Assembly (NCBI GenBank): GCA_963693365.1
Contig: CAVNZM010000006.1
Location: 7,109,264-7,173,263, forward strand
DNA length: 64,000 bases
Direction: 5' to 3'
Source of the DNA: Amoebidium appalachense
Lineage: Eukaryota > Protista > Ichthyosporea
Below, in pieces: positions 36,153-61,591 of the stretch. Positions within the stretch are counted from its first letter, which is position 1. The number at the start of each line of letters is the position of its first letter. The position numbers and the translations under genes are program-made. The notes beneath the pieces are model-generated. The model did not search any database and was not told the DNA's origin. It saw only the letters and a program-made list of their open reading frames with translations.

Positions 36153-37429
36153 TAAGCATCACGTGCAAATTAAGGCCGTGTTTTGCAATTCATTCAATTA
36201 GATTTTGGTGGCACTTTTAAGGCTATGGTCCAATTGCCGTGTGACCTTTGACATTGGGAATTTGGAATCGACTTTACGTCGATCATATCGACGTCAGATT
36301 GCCCATGTATGGCGTGCTTTCCTTTTTTGGAAACCGCGGAATGATATCGAGAAATAGAGAACTTCCGCCGGTACCGGTGTGGACACTGTCACGCTGAGTG
36401 AGCCCTGGCGCTTTTCAGAGGCTGTGCGTGCACATGTTTAGAAGCCTTCAGTTTGTTTTCACATACCGTAGAGTGTGTGCACTCAACTGAGCATATCATA
36501 TGATAGATGTAATGTAGTAATTACCTTGTATTGGCCATGGTGCACCCCAGAACTGCATGTATTTAGGCCTGGTCCCGGCCGGAGCAATTGATAATACTAC
36601 TTTGGAGGACTCCGAAGTTATATAATACTGGTATATTCCCCTGCATGTGGACAGCAAACCGCATTGGCCATGGGATCTAAGCCAGCCACCTGTGCATGCC
36701 GGCCACACTGTGCGCGAGCACCTCAGTGCCAGCGCTCACACACTGAGGAATCTACTGTAGGTGACGTCAGTGCCCGGGTACACACCTGTGACGTCATACC
36801 GCTACCGAGGACTGCCAGTGCCGGAAAGGCCACCGAGTCAGGCCGTGATGTGTGGATCCTCGCTATATGGCGATATCGAAAATACCTATATGCTATAGCA
36901 CACATAGACACATTCCTGTGTGAAATACGGGAGGGCCCCATGCATACGTACATATCCAGAAGAAAACACCCCGTAACATTCGATTCAAGGGGAAAAAGGC
37001 TTTTATGCTATGCTATCTATCGATTATGACGCTGTCAGGCGGCGTGCACGTGGCTGCCGGACCAGTCGGCGGCCCTCCGTCGGCCTCCGACACCCCTCAA
37101 CCAATCAGAACAAGGCATGGTATGGATAATATCAGCCCTGGTACGGGCTGATTGGGGCCGGACCATTCGTACCATGGCAATCGATATACGTGATATGTAC
37201 GTACGATGGTTGGCTACAAACGCTCCAAATAAATTGGTTGGCTGCAACACAGATCCCTCAGGAATGTGGCAGGTTCTTATCCATGATACAGCGTAGGTGT
37301 TTCCAAACAAACAGTTAAATAATATGCCTAAAAAATATATTAAAACTATTTAATTTATTTAAATCGGATAAATTGCAGTTCCTTTGGTAGTATTTTGATT
37401 CCAAGATAATGCTTTTTGCCCCCTTCTGA

Positions 37430-37490
37430 GTCGTTTTGGCGGTGAGCCGCCGGAATATTTAGTCCGTGGGTATTGAGCCAATCAAAACGG
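37430..37490 (+). promoter_or_regulatory. Putative promoter of the mitochondrial carrier gene (E2F-like TTTTGGCGG, CCAAT box AGCCAATCA)
   Basis: Motifs lie upstream of a probable 5'UTR exon and intron (intron ~37625-37817). Confidence 0.4.
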
Positions 37491-37823
37491 GTTTGGGTTC
37501 TTCAAGTTGTTAGCCGCTATAAAAGCGCTAATGAGCAAGATAGGCGCCAGTCTGTTTTTGTTGGGGTTACGTGCAGGTCGGGTCCGAAACTTCTCTGTTG
37601 CTCTCTCGTCTGCCACAACAACGGTACGTGTGTGTGTGTTGGGCTACCTCGGAGGGTGTAGTGCTGGGGGAAACGGTAAGAGAACGGATACACAGCTTGA
37701 GTGTCATCGAGGCGCTGTAGTCAGTGCGCCATCTGGAAAAACAGGAAACGTGGAGGGTAGATCTAGTGGTCGTTGAATGAGAGTTTGCTATTAGAGCCTT
37801 ACACGCTTGTCACGCAGACAAAA

Positions 37824-38149
37824 ATGGCACCTCCTCCGTCTACCCCTGGCCAGAACCCCTGGAAGAAGGCCGGTATCACAGGCTTTGCCGTGATCCTGGA
37901 GATGACCTCCGGAGGTCTGTTTATGGAGAACGTGAAGATGGAAAAGCAGCGCACGTCCGAGTCCTACCCCCGTATTATCCGCAACGTGCTCAAGCAGGGC
38001 ATTCGCGGCTTCGAGGCCGGCCTGTGGCCATGGTTAGTTATTGCTCTTGCCCTGAATCCATTGGGTGCTTGAGGAAGGAAGGAGCTGATTAATGGCAGGA
38101 ACACACACTGGCATATGGCTGGTGGTTTGTTCCACGCAGCACGGACACG

Positions 38150-38189
<40 letters not shown>

Positions 38190-38454
38190 GTGAATCGCGC
38201 TTACACCTGACATGCATATACAGACATAGGTGTATAGACATACGTGTAGAGGTTTTCCCGAGCTGCCTTGACCTGCACGTACACACACGTGCACCGAACT
38301 GGCAACTCTAGCTGCTCTTGAATACCATCCCCCACAGGCACATGCTCCCCCTCTCTTGTTGTCAGCCGTATCGGCCCCCCCCCCTCCCCTCCCCCCCTTC
38401 CCCCTGTTTGTCTATCGTCTTCCCCGACCACCTTCCTTCTCTCATTTCTTTATA

Positions 38455-38502
<48 letters not shown>

Positions 38503-40727
38503 CCTCCCTCCCTCCCTCCCTCCCTAACTCTCTCTCGTTCTCTCGTTCTCTCCCTCCCTCCCTCCCTGCCTCCGTCCTCTGATCTCTATTCTCCCCCCCC
38601 CCCCCCCTCCCCTCCCCCTCCTCCCCCCCCTTCCTCCTCCACCAAACAATATCCGAAAGGCTTGGCTGTAATCACCAGGCCAAGAGTCCGCTTGCCTTGG
38701 TCCTGGTGGATAGCCGGGATGTAGGAGAAAGTGCAAGGGCAGGGCGACGGGAAGGGATTATGGTTGTGTGGTCTGCAGGAGGCAGGAGGGCGACGTGTTG
38801 CTGACTGTGTGTTTGCTGCAGGGGCCTTGTGCTTGGCCTGACCAAGGGCACCGTGCTGGGGGGCTCCAAGGCCCAGCTGGACCACATGTGCCACAACTTC
38901 GGCATGACCAAGAAGACCGTATGCTCCCCTCCTTCTATTCTTGGCGTGCTTGTAGGGAATCCGATCAGTTTCCCATTCTCGTTTCCTTTCCCTACCCCCA
39001 GCCCCCTCCCCCCTCCCCCCTTCTCCCGCCCCTTCTTGCCCCCAGCCCCCTCCCCCTTCCCCCCCCCTCTCCCCTCTGCGCTTACCCCCCCTTCCCCCTC
39101 TCGTTCTCTCTCTCCCTTTCTCTCCTCCTCCCCCTCTTTACCCCCCCCCCCCCCCCTCCCCCCCTTTAGGGTCAACCTCCGGTGCTTGGTGGAGGATCAA
39201 TGGCTTGCAGAAATCTCGAACCCTGAAGTACATGTCACAGCCTTCTCTTCCCCTATCCTCACAGTGTATTGTTGGTCGGCCCTTACCTTGCCTTTCCCCC
39301 CCCCCCTTACCCCCCCCCCCCCCCCCCCCCCCCCCTGATTGGTCACCAGCCACTGACACTTATGTCCACAGTCGGACCTTGTGTCCGGATTCGGGTCTGG
39401 GGCGGTGCAGGGTGTGTTCATGTCGCCCATTCTGCTTGCCCGCACACGTGTCAACCAGAACCTGACGGAGCGCTCCAAGGCCGGCAAGACCCAGATGAGT
39501 GTGCTCGAGGAGATGCGCATCTCTTCCCGCGTATGTGATTCCCCTCCCTCCCCCCCCCCCCCCCCCCCTCCCCCTCCCCCTCCCCCCCACCGTCCTCGTT
39601 GTCCCCATTCTCTCCCCTCCCCCCATTCCCCCGCACTGCTCACCCCCCCCCCCCCCCCCCCCCCCCCCCCGCCCGCCCTCTTTGCCCCCATTCTCTCCCT
39701 TTCCCCCCCCCCCCCCTCTCTCCCCTCTCCTCCTTCCGTCCACCCCGCGGGGATGGTTGACACTGGTAGGGCTGGGGTGGGAAAGGAGTCGAAACAAGGA
39801 GGAAAACCCGGGGAAGGGATGGGTGAGGCAGTGCAAACTGGAAGAGTGGATAACTTGAAGTGTTCAGCTCTGAGTGGGTGCCGTTCACTTCGGCCCGTGT
39901 TACTTGCAGATAAAGCCCAGTGTGATTGGTGCGCAGTGCAAGGTGGCCTTGCCTCGTGACGTCATTGGTGGCTAGTGGCAGGCGGAGGAGTCGGATGTGG
40001 GCATAGGGTGTGATTTTGGTGACTGACTGAATGCGTGATAGGGGGAATAGTGCCGGCTAGTGTTATAGGTGGTGATTCTTGGTGCCTGATTGACTGACTG
40101 ACTGACTGACTATGGGGTTGCCACAGATTCTCAACGATGCGATCAAGAAGGAGGGTGTGATGATGCTGACCACGGGCATGGGGGCATGCGTGTTCAAGCG
40201 GGCCATGGACTGGGGCACACGGTTCATGTTCATCAACATCTTCCGCAACTACCTGCAGAGCACCAAGGTAAAACAATGTGGCTAAACCAAACCCCTAGGG
40301 GTCATGGGCACATGTCCGTGTGGTGTGGTGTGTTCACTGTCGGAGGCGGTGTGTGTGTGGTGTTTCACAGTAATTTCCCTGGAGAATCTCAGTGGCAGCG
40401 ATCGTAAGGGCACATGCACGGACACCTGATGTTGTCTTGCAGGAACAAAAAGGGATCGTTGTATGTTGGGGGGTGGAGGGTTGAGGGGAAGGGGCAAGGG
40501 GGTGGGGGGGGGAGGTTGTGTCCCTGCCCTCTCCCTTCAGGCGTGAGCACACACACACACAGACAGACGGAGGCAGACCCCAAAACACCCACACTCTTGT
40601 TTTCTTTTCTTTTTCTGCACACGTCCCTGTTTGTGTCTTTTGGAATCATGGATTAGCGCTTTCACGGGTATACACAACTTCACAGAGCCTCCCCCCCCCC
40701 CTTTCTTTCCCCATCACCATGATACAC

Positions 40728-40790
<63 letters not shown>

Positions 40791-41734
40791 TGGTCAATTA
40801 GAAACAAATACACCTACAACCGTCTTTCACGCGCTTCTAAACCCAAACCCATCACCACCATCACAGTCCCCTCCTTCCAACAACTCTCAACCCTACACAC
40901 TACACACCAAACACACACTCACTCACACTCACACACACACATAAGCACACACAGTTACACAAGACACTTTACACTCCTCGACTCCGGGAATCATCCCCTG
41001 CTGGTTCCATGGTGTTTCTTCTAGCACCATCCACTGACGTCTAGTTTGTTGTGCAGCCGGCAGGGCAGGGGCTCAACGATGCTGAGAAGCTGTACACGTC
41101 GTTCATTGGGGGGGCAGCATCAGTCACGGTCACACAGCCCGTCGACCGCCTCATGCCCATCCTGCAGCAGGCCGGCAGAGACACAAAGCCAATCACCCAG
41201 GTACGTGGAGTGTCTTGTAGTGAGTGCCATGGGGGGCAGGGTGTGTGTGTGCAGTGCCCCGGGTATGATGGGGTCGTATGGGCGTGGGTGCCCCAGGTTA
41301 GCAGGAGAGGGGTCGAGAACGCGGACAGGGAGAAGTCAACCGAAAGGGCACAAGAGCTGTGCTGGTGTGCTCCTCGAGAGAGGGGGGGGGGGGGGAGGAG
41401 GGCAGGCAGGCTCACAGAGGGTTTGCAGTGCAAGATATGCTTGTGTGTGTGTGTGTGTATGGGGGGGGGGGGGGGGGGGGGGGGGGGAGGGGAGGTTGGA
41501 TAATGGTGAGGGGAGTTTGAGGGGCAGGGTGCCTGGGCAGTCGGATGCGGGTGGATGGAGGCAGCGAGGGCTGGGCACTGACCCCGTATGGACGTGCAGA
41601 TCATCAAGGAGAAGTTTGCGGCCGAGGGCATCACGACCATGCAGAGGGGCTGGGCCATGCGCACCCTGCACACGGGCTACCACACCATGTTTGCTATCTT
41701 CGTGGCTGACAAGATCTACGCCATGCTGAGCTAA
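37824..41734 (+). CDS. YHM2: Mitochondrial carrier (SLC25), YHM2-like citrate/oxoglutarate carrier
   Basis: Exons 37824-38032, 38822-38918, 39372-39530, 40128-40267, 41057-41200 and 41600-41734. Three carrier repeats. GFEAGLWPWGLVLGLTKGTVL and DWGTRF resemble recalled fungal Yhm2 motifs (G..QGLIPWAWIEASTKGAVL, NWGSRF). Confidence 0.75.
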
Positions 41735-41976
41735 ATATCAATTAGCCTAGCTAGTTATCAAATAGCCCGGCCAGTATCTGGTAGCCCGGCTAGGTTTCCG
41801 GTTCAGCTGCGGGGGTGCTGTGCGCTCCCAAGGGACATATGTATGCACACAGGGATATAGGTGCGAGGCTGGCCCTCGTTTTGATTGATTGATTTCTTGC
41901 CCTTCCTTTATTTTATGTTTTTAAAAATATGAGCCTCTGTATACCTACCCGCAGGTTTACTCAGTGTGCCGTGCCC

Positions 41977-42025
<49 letters not shown>

Positions 42026-43122
42026 CCCCTCCTCCACCTCCTCCTCCGGAACCATTTGGGCACTTCCAACTTTGAAGCCCAAAGCCTTGCCATTGAGTGA
42101 TGTTCGGGCTTTCGGTTTAGATGTTGGTGTTCGGTCCTTTGAGTTTTCGCAATTGCTATCATACCCTGCAGCCGGTGTGGGTAAGGTCTAATTCTCCGGC
42201 CCTCGGCTTTACAGTGTACATAACCGGCGAATTGGTAGTGCACACATGTGTACGTGGAGGGGGGGGGGGGGGGGGATAGCTACGGAGGATGCACTCAATT
42301 ATACACACACTGTGATCCTATCCCATTCCCAGCGTGTATATGTGCTGGCTTGCCTTTGGTTGGTAATAATACTACAATAAATTACACTGACCACACCCCG
42401 TTCGAATTCAAGTAACATGTTTTGTACCCAGTAGCGCCTTGCATGCACGTCAAAGATATCTTACATATGTGCATGCATCGTGCCTCTGTGCTGTACGAGG
42501 ACAGACAGTGTCCTGTGCCTCGTGTAAACCTTGTCATGTATCGATTATGTACGTGTTTCATACCTCACTGTGACCTTATACACTTCTTTACTATAATACG
42601 TCATTACAGCGCTAGAGGGGTGCTCCGGGCAATCCCCAATACAAGTATCACCCAGCCTAGCCTAGTGCTAGACTATGCACACTTTGTGCCGACATTCGAA
42701 ATTAATATATTAGACTAAGTCTTGCTACGACCATGAAAACTTTCAACTAACATCCCTTCAAAGCTCACATACATATCGACACTTGTCTCATTACACTTGC
42801 ATCCCTGTGCACACGGCACCCCAAGACTTATATCTTGGTGCTACGGCATGGGGTGCATTCACTTTAGCTGCTATGTGCTCACAGCACCCAATATGATTGG
42901 TCAGCCCACCCCAACACTTTTTAAATCATCGACATTACATATTACACCGCAAATTCGAAAATGAACACACCATCTAATCCTACGTACAGTAAGTACCTCT
43001 CTACGAATAACCCCAACGCCATCACCACACCCAACCCCCCCCCTCCTACGCATGAACTTACCAACCATTCACCCAACGAAACCGCCTTCTTCCCCCTCCC
43101 CCCCTTTTTTTTCTTCCCTCTG

Positions 43123-43715
43123 CTAGTACCCGTTGGTAGAGTAGAACTCCCCCTCTACGGGGTTAGCCACCGGCCTAGGTCTTGGTCTTGATGGGGGCCT
43201 AAGATAGGTTAAAGCCTCATCTATGGTCTGCAGGGTAGACACGGCAGGGCCCATAATACTGATTGCACTATCGGCTATCCTGCTGGGGGCTAGGGGGTGG
43301 TCGGGGTTAACCCTTACTAGCGTGCACCTGCCCCTAGGTACCCTCCTGACGTATTCCTCAGCCATGGTGCGTATGGATGGCACACGTACACCCGCCCCCA
43401 TTTCCAGCACGACCAACCGCAGACCTTTAACCTCGCACAGGTGCAGTACGGCATCCTCCCAGCGCAGATAGTTGCTGGGGGGGTCAGGGGCCTCGATCCA
43501 CTTGTGGTCGTTGAACATAAGGACACTGGGCCGCCCTGCCGCACCACACTGTGGACACCTGTAGCCACCACGAGAGATCAATTGAGTCAAAAAAAAAGCC
43601 ATACAAAGCGCCCCAAAAGACCATACAGACCGACATACGAGCTACAGAGCGATTGATTTCATTGCCCCTATCCATATGTATTCCGCTATTCCCGTATCTT
43701 TGCCAGCCCCCCCAG

Positions 43716-43780
<65 letters not shown>

Positions 43781-44102
43781 ACCCCCACCCCCACCACACA
43801 CACCAATACCAACACAGGCATCCCCTCCCCCCCCCCCCCCTCCCCCTCTTCCCACCTCTGCTCTATCCCTTCCCATCCTCCAACTCATCCTAAGTTAAAC
43901 CCCATCATCCCAGATGCAACACCACCAGCCAGACTGTCCAAGCGCCAATCCAACCATCCTCCTTTACCTCCTAACACACAAACACACAGACACACAGACT
44001 TTGTGTGCTCCCCCCCCCCCCCACCCCACCCCCTTCCCCCCCACCAAAAAAAAGAAAAAGAAAAAAAAAAAAAAAAAAAAAAAAAACACCACCACCACCA
44101 GC

Positions 44103-44153
<51 letters not shown>

Positions 44154-44200
44154 TGTGCCGCCCTTCCCACCCCCCTCCCTACCACCAGAACCCACACACG

Positions 44201-44258
<58 letters not shown>

Positions 44259-44763
44259 GACATGCCGTGGTCCCCCCCCCCCCACGTACACACAACCACC
44301 AAAACACATACAGGCATATACACACACAAACACAAACACAGACACCCACCCACCCACATACACACAAACACCCACCTTGGCTGATCCCCCACCCACCGCA
44401 TGGTGTTAGGTTCCACACTGAACCCATCATCCAACGTCCAGTGGTGGTCCCCACACGGCACAGAGCACTGCCAGGTATCCGCATTGCCGTGTATCTCGTA
44501 TATCTCCCCCTCACTAAACCCGGCCTTGCGAAAATGCGAGTCCACATTCGACGTGAGCACAAAGAACCCCCCCGGAAGACCCTCAGTGGGGCCTATTGGC
44601 GGCAGGCTCCCCACAGAGCGAATTTTCGTGCCCGGGAGGGGGTTGCTAAGCAAATTGGGGGCACTGCTAATGGGAAGAATTGGGCCGGCTGTCTCTCGTG
44701 CCTGCCGTTTACGTTGGGCCTCTCCAAGTAGCCGACTGACCTCTTGGCGTACCATGCTAGTGT

Positions 44764-44845
<82 letters not shown>

Positions 44846-45476
44846 GATGTGAGTGTGTGCATGATGATGTTCGTGTATTCGTGTGCATATGTGTGTGACC
44901 GCATATGGGTGGGCATGTGTGTGTGTGTGTGTGCGCGAGCGCGCGCGTGTGTACATGTCGCTGACACGGGTGTGTGTGTGTGTGTGGTGAAGGGGGGGGG
45001 GGGGGGTTGAGGGGAGAGAGGTTAGGTTTGTGACGGCAGCATGGGTAGGTGGATGTGCATGCAGCCCAGTGTGTGTGCTTGTCTCTGGTGGTGGACAGTG
45101 GGTGATGACAGTCAGTGAGCTGGAGAATGTCTGTGTGTGTGTGTGTGTGTTGGTAGAGGGGAGGGGACGGTGGGGGGGAGGGGGGGGGACGGTGGGGGGT
45201 AGATTTGGCAGCCGTGTGTGTGGGTTGTGTGTTGTGAGTGTGGGTGTCTGCCAGAGGGTGTGTGTGTGGAAGGGAGGGGGGAGGGAGGGAGGGGGGAAGG
45301 AGCACGATGCAGATAAGGTGTACGGGCAGTGCATGTCATGTCTGTGTGGTGGTCTGCAGTGGGATTACTCGAACCACTGCAGCAACTTATCCACGTTTTA
45401 TCCCTCATTTCTCCCCCTCCCCTCGCCACCCCCTCCCCCCCCCCCCCCCCCCTTCATCTCTCCCCTCCCCCTCTTT

Positions 45477-45532
<56 letters not shown>

Positions 45533-45752
45533 ATTAATATTCGACAACCACTTATGCCCCAGGCCTTCAGATATCCCGACACATACCCAAGGCACAGGAT
45601 ATAGTGTCAAGGGAAAGCCGCCCTCAGGAAAGGATATGGTGTGTGTGAGAGTGTTCAGGGGGGAGGGGGGGGAGGGGGGCGGGGGAGCGAGGGAGGGAGG
45701 GAGGGAGGGAGGGAGGGAGGGAGGGAGGGAGAGAGAGAGAGAGAGAGGGAGG

Positions 45753-45791
<39 letters not shown>

Positions 45792-46407
45792 AAGTGGTGA
45801 AGGGGTGAGAGGGGACTATACTATAGAGGCCTGTTAGAAGGGATGCACAGGGGTGGACGTACATGGCAGCCTTTGTGTGGTCGAACCTCTCCTCCCTCCA
45901 CCTCTGCAGTATGTTGTAGCCAACGTGCGGTGCCACCCTCCGATAGTCCCGCACACAGGCCCCCCAGAACCCGTAGAAGAGAGAGGGGTCCCTCACAAGC
46001 CACTCCTCCGTGCATAGGTCGCTGTAGGTCAGACCCAGTGCCTGCAAAAAACAACATGAGAATGTGCTTTGCAAAAGAAATGGGGGATATGGGCGCCTGC
46101 AGGAAAGCACAAGTGCTGTAAAGGGAGCCAGCAAGTCCCGCGGCTACAGGTATAGCAGGTTGCCGTGAAGACAGTATATGCCTAGGGGATGCAAGGAGCA
46201 TTAAAGGGAAAGGGAGGGGAAGGTGTGGGCAGGTTACAGGTACACCGTGGAGCTACGACACGCTGTCACCACTTCGGAAGCACCACTTCGGAAGCAAACG
46301 AGGGAAGTTGGTGGAGTATTGGTGGAGTGGCTGGGGATGTGGGTACATGTGTCCTTTTCGCGGGAGGGGAGGAGGGGGAGGGCGACGGGGAGGGGAGGGG
46401 AGCGCGG

Positions 46408-46443
<36 letters not shown>

Positions 46444-47474
46444 GGGGGGGGGGAAGGGGGGGGAGTGGGGGGCAGGGGGGTTAGGTGGACAGTTGGGTAG
46501 GTGGTAGGGTGAGGATGATAAAGAGGGGAGGAAGAGGAGGAAAGGGTGGGAGGGGGATGTTCGTATGGCCGAAGTTGGGTGGGATCCAAACTGCGCAGTC
46601 TCAACATCCGGACAAGAACACCAAGCAGTAACAAGCGGGGTGTGCTATCTGCACATCTGCCTGCTCTCATAGCCTATGCATGTGCAGTGTGGCTGGCCAC
46701 CCACTACCACACACCTTGTAAGCCGCATAGTCCGCTATGTCCTTGTATACGGCCAGGCCGCTGTCAGCAGAGAACCCAGCCCCCGTAGCCACCAAAAGTA
46801 TGTCGGCCTCGTTGATGGCCTCGGCTGCAAGGCAGCAGTTGCGGTGGTAGTTTGCTTCGAGCTCCTGCCTGGCTGTGTCGCTGGGCGCACGTAGGCTGCC
46901 CAGGTGTGCTAGGCGCTGCTTGACAACACCGCAGTATGGCACGTTGCAGTCTAACGCCCTGCAAACATGAACGTCAATTAAGGTTCCTGCAGGCAAGACT
47001 CCGTGCATCTCTGTTACAGATTTATAATCCCTTGCTGTCCTACCTTACGACCTCTAACTTTTAGAATCATCGCTGTGTCACTGCTCAATCTAATCCCAGA
47101 CGCACAAACAGCTGTTCAGCTGCTTGTTCAGCCCAGGTGTGAGACAAGTACCAGATTCTTCAAGCAAGCCAGTTCAACCTACGCCCACGCCACACGCTCT
47201 GCCCGCACCTGCATTCCTCCGCGTGTGCGCCATATCGCGCAATAAACCCCGCGCATATCTCGCAGTCTGCCCCGCAATCTTCTGAAGTTTTCAGGTGCTT
47301 GAGTCCATATTTGACGGCCCGGCAGTGTTCCAACGTGCACTGTTCGTGCGTGCATGTGTGTGCGTGTCGTATGGCGTCTACCACCCCATGATCGCCTGCC
47401 CTACCCCTGTCCATATCCATTTTTCTGTGCATGTTCGTGCTGCGGTGGGGACTGGGAGCTAGCTGTGTACTCAT
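43123..47474 (-). CDS. NAD-dependent sirtuin (SIR2 family, bacterial/protist-type subgroup) with an N-terminal TAZ zinc finger
   Basis: Phase-consistent exons 47474-47209, 46958-46715, 46041-45863, 44756-44397 and 43558-43123. Sirtuin motifs [71 protein letters not shown] and LVRVNP. N-terminal [15 protein letters not shown]...[15 protein letters not shown]...[15 protein letters not shown]. Confidence 0.88.
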
Positions 47475-47819
47475 GTTTCCGCTATGGCTGTCTATGCGAC
47501 AACCGTGAAAGGTTTTCGACAATGACAAAGTGTGCGAGTAGATTCGAAAGGTCTCCAGGCACACCCCGTTTATATATCCCGGCAAATGACCCCCTAAACC
47601 CCGCATACCTGAGAAAGCAAAGTGAGGTGGGTGCTGAAAAGCCGAAGATTTACCTAGGTACTAATTTTTCTCTTACCTAGGCCAGAAAGTAGTCGGCATA
47701 AGAGGTATAATTCAGCTATTTCAACTATAGTTGCGTGTTCTAATAGTAGACGTTTTTGGGGTATTAAAATTAAAGAAATTTGCTCAAATAAAGACATTGA
47801 GAGAGTAAGACATGATTGA

Positions 47820-47915
47820 AAATAGTAGCGAAAATGCCCCCACTCTGCTCACGCAATGAAAAAGGGGCTCGAAATTCATTGGTTGGCTGATGGTAGGTAA
47901 GCCAATCAGAAGAGG
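47820..47915. promoter_or_regulatory. CCAAT-box cluster upstream of the TAZ-sirtuin gene
   Basis: ATTGG at ~47878 and AGCCAATCAG at ~47900 in repeat-free DNA about 400 bp upstream of the ATG. Confidence 0.35.
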
Positions 47916-48567
47916 CCTTGCAAACAGCGCACTGCTTTTCCAAGTTCAGAAAGTTTCCGTTTGTGTGGCGTTTGCCCCCACACGTACAGCGTGTCACAAC
48001 TTGACATATCAGCACGCACACTGAAACGTGCAAGGAACTAAAGCTCCAGGTACCTTGCTTGTCTGACCGTCAGACTTTTGAAATGCATCGGAACCTCAAG
48101 GCTGCACTCGCAGAATCACTGGCAAGATCTTCATGCTCAGCCTGAGAACCGGCAAAGCAATTGCTACTGATCATGAACTTTCAACCGGAGTGCTAGGGCA
48201 TGTTTGGGGGTGTCGAACACAGGTTATGTCCCATAAGTTATGCGAATGCCCTAAAACCGTGTATACTGCTAAAAAACCTAGATTTCAGGTTGTCCTAATG
48301 GTACTTGATTGAATGAATGGCCTGCCGGATCGCTCATCTACCCCCAAATTCTTAATTAAACATGCCAATGGAACCTAATATCCAACCCACGGCCGGGATG
48401 AGCCTCTGCACACACATACACCCTCTCTAGATCCGGATTTCGGTACACACATATACACACACAAAAGCAACCCTTTTAAGTGCACATTATTCAGTTTATT
48501 TCATGCTATTAGGCAAGATTCCATCCAGTACTACGGACCTTACTGCAAATGATTATCTTGTTGGTTG

Positions 48568-48668
48568 CCAATTACGTCACCTAGATCCTACAAATTTGTG
48601 CCCTCCAATTACGTCACCTAGATCCTACAAATTTGTGCCCTCCCATTACATCGTTTAGACCTACAACA
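48568..48668. repeat. ~37-bp direct repeat, about 2.5 copies (CCAATTACGTCACCTAGATCCTACAAATTTGTGCCCT)
   Basis: Two near-identical copies plus one degenerate copy, downstream of the Pasha stop codon. Confidence 0.8.
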
Positions 48669-48968
48669 CAATACATGCCTCATCCTCCGGTGGCAGTGTA
48701 CACAGCCCATAACCGTGGGTCCAGCCCCATGCACAATCCCCCGCCCACCGCTGGCCAATTCCGTGTGGAACACATTCGAGCATTATCGACATTTCGTGTG
48801 TCTGGGGCATTAGGCTATTTCGATATTGCTATAAGCACAATGCCCCGAATACGCATTCGCATTGACGTTTCTTAACCATTACCGGTACAGTACTACCTGT
48901 ATGTTTGTGTATGTATATGCCCGTGCACTTGTATTCTTTCGGCCATACATATATCTTCCTCACCTCCG

Positions 48969-60990
<12,022 letters not shown>

Positions 60991-61591
60991 CCTCTATATT
61001 CTCAGGCTACTTCTACTCTTTACAAACCGTTAAAAAAACGAACAAGCACTTTAATTCTACAAATTCTACACTGAAAAGAAACAACTGCACTTTACACCAG
61101 CTCTTTACACCATGGCCAAGCTGACCAGGCTGACGTGTGAGCCAGAGCCTGGCAGCATTCACCCCATACCCAACCTATCTGATGCAATTTGGTTGTCACC
61201 GTTGTTGTTAAGTTCCTGTGACTTTTGCATAGACACAAAAAATTCCTTAAACGACTCCTAAAATGCAAAAACATAGAATAACACACTCACTATAAATTTT
61301 TAAAATGTATTTGCATGCTTATGTTAAATAATACCTCATCAAAATCAGGGACTTTACATTTTTCTTTTTCTCTAATATTTGCATCACTTTAGTCTAGGAG
61401 ATTTACATGATATTTGATGCCCTCTGCACCAATCGTCTCTCAGAACAGAAGCACTCGTCAGCCAACCAAGAGCTCCACGCACCCGGAAAAATGTTTACAG
61501 AGAGAGCGCAAAACACTGTCAGGGTACATATCCTTTCAAGAGACACATTACTTCTAAGCCGAGATACCCACCGGGCATCATAAGCACGAGC

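Noticed and set aside
36170-37330. Microsatellite-free intergenic block beginning with TTAAGG, a possible transposon
   Set aside because: No matching terminal inverted repeat or transposase-like ORF could be identified by eye.
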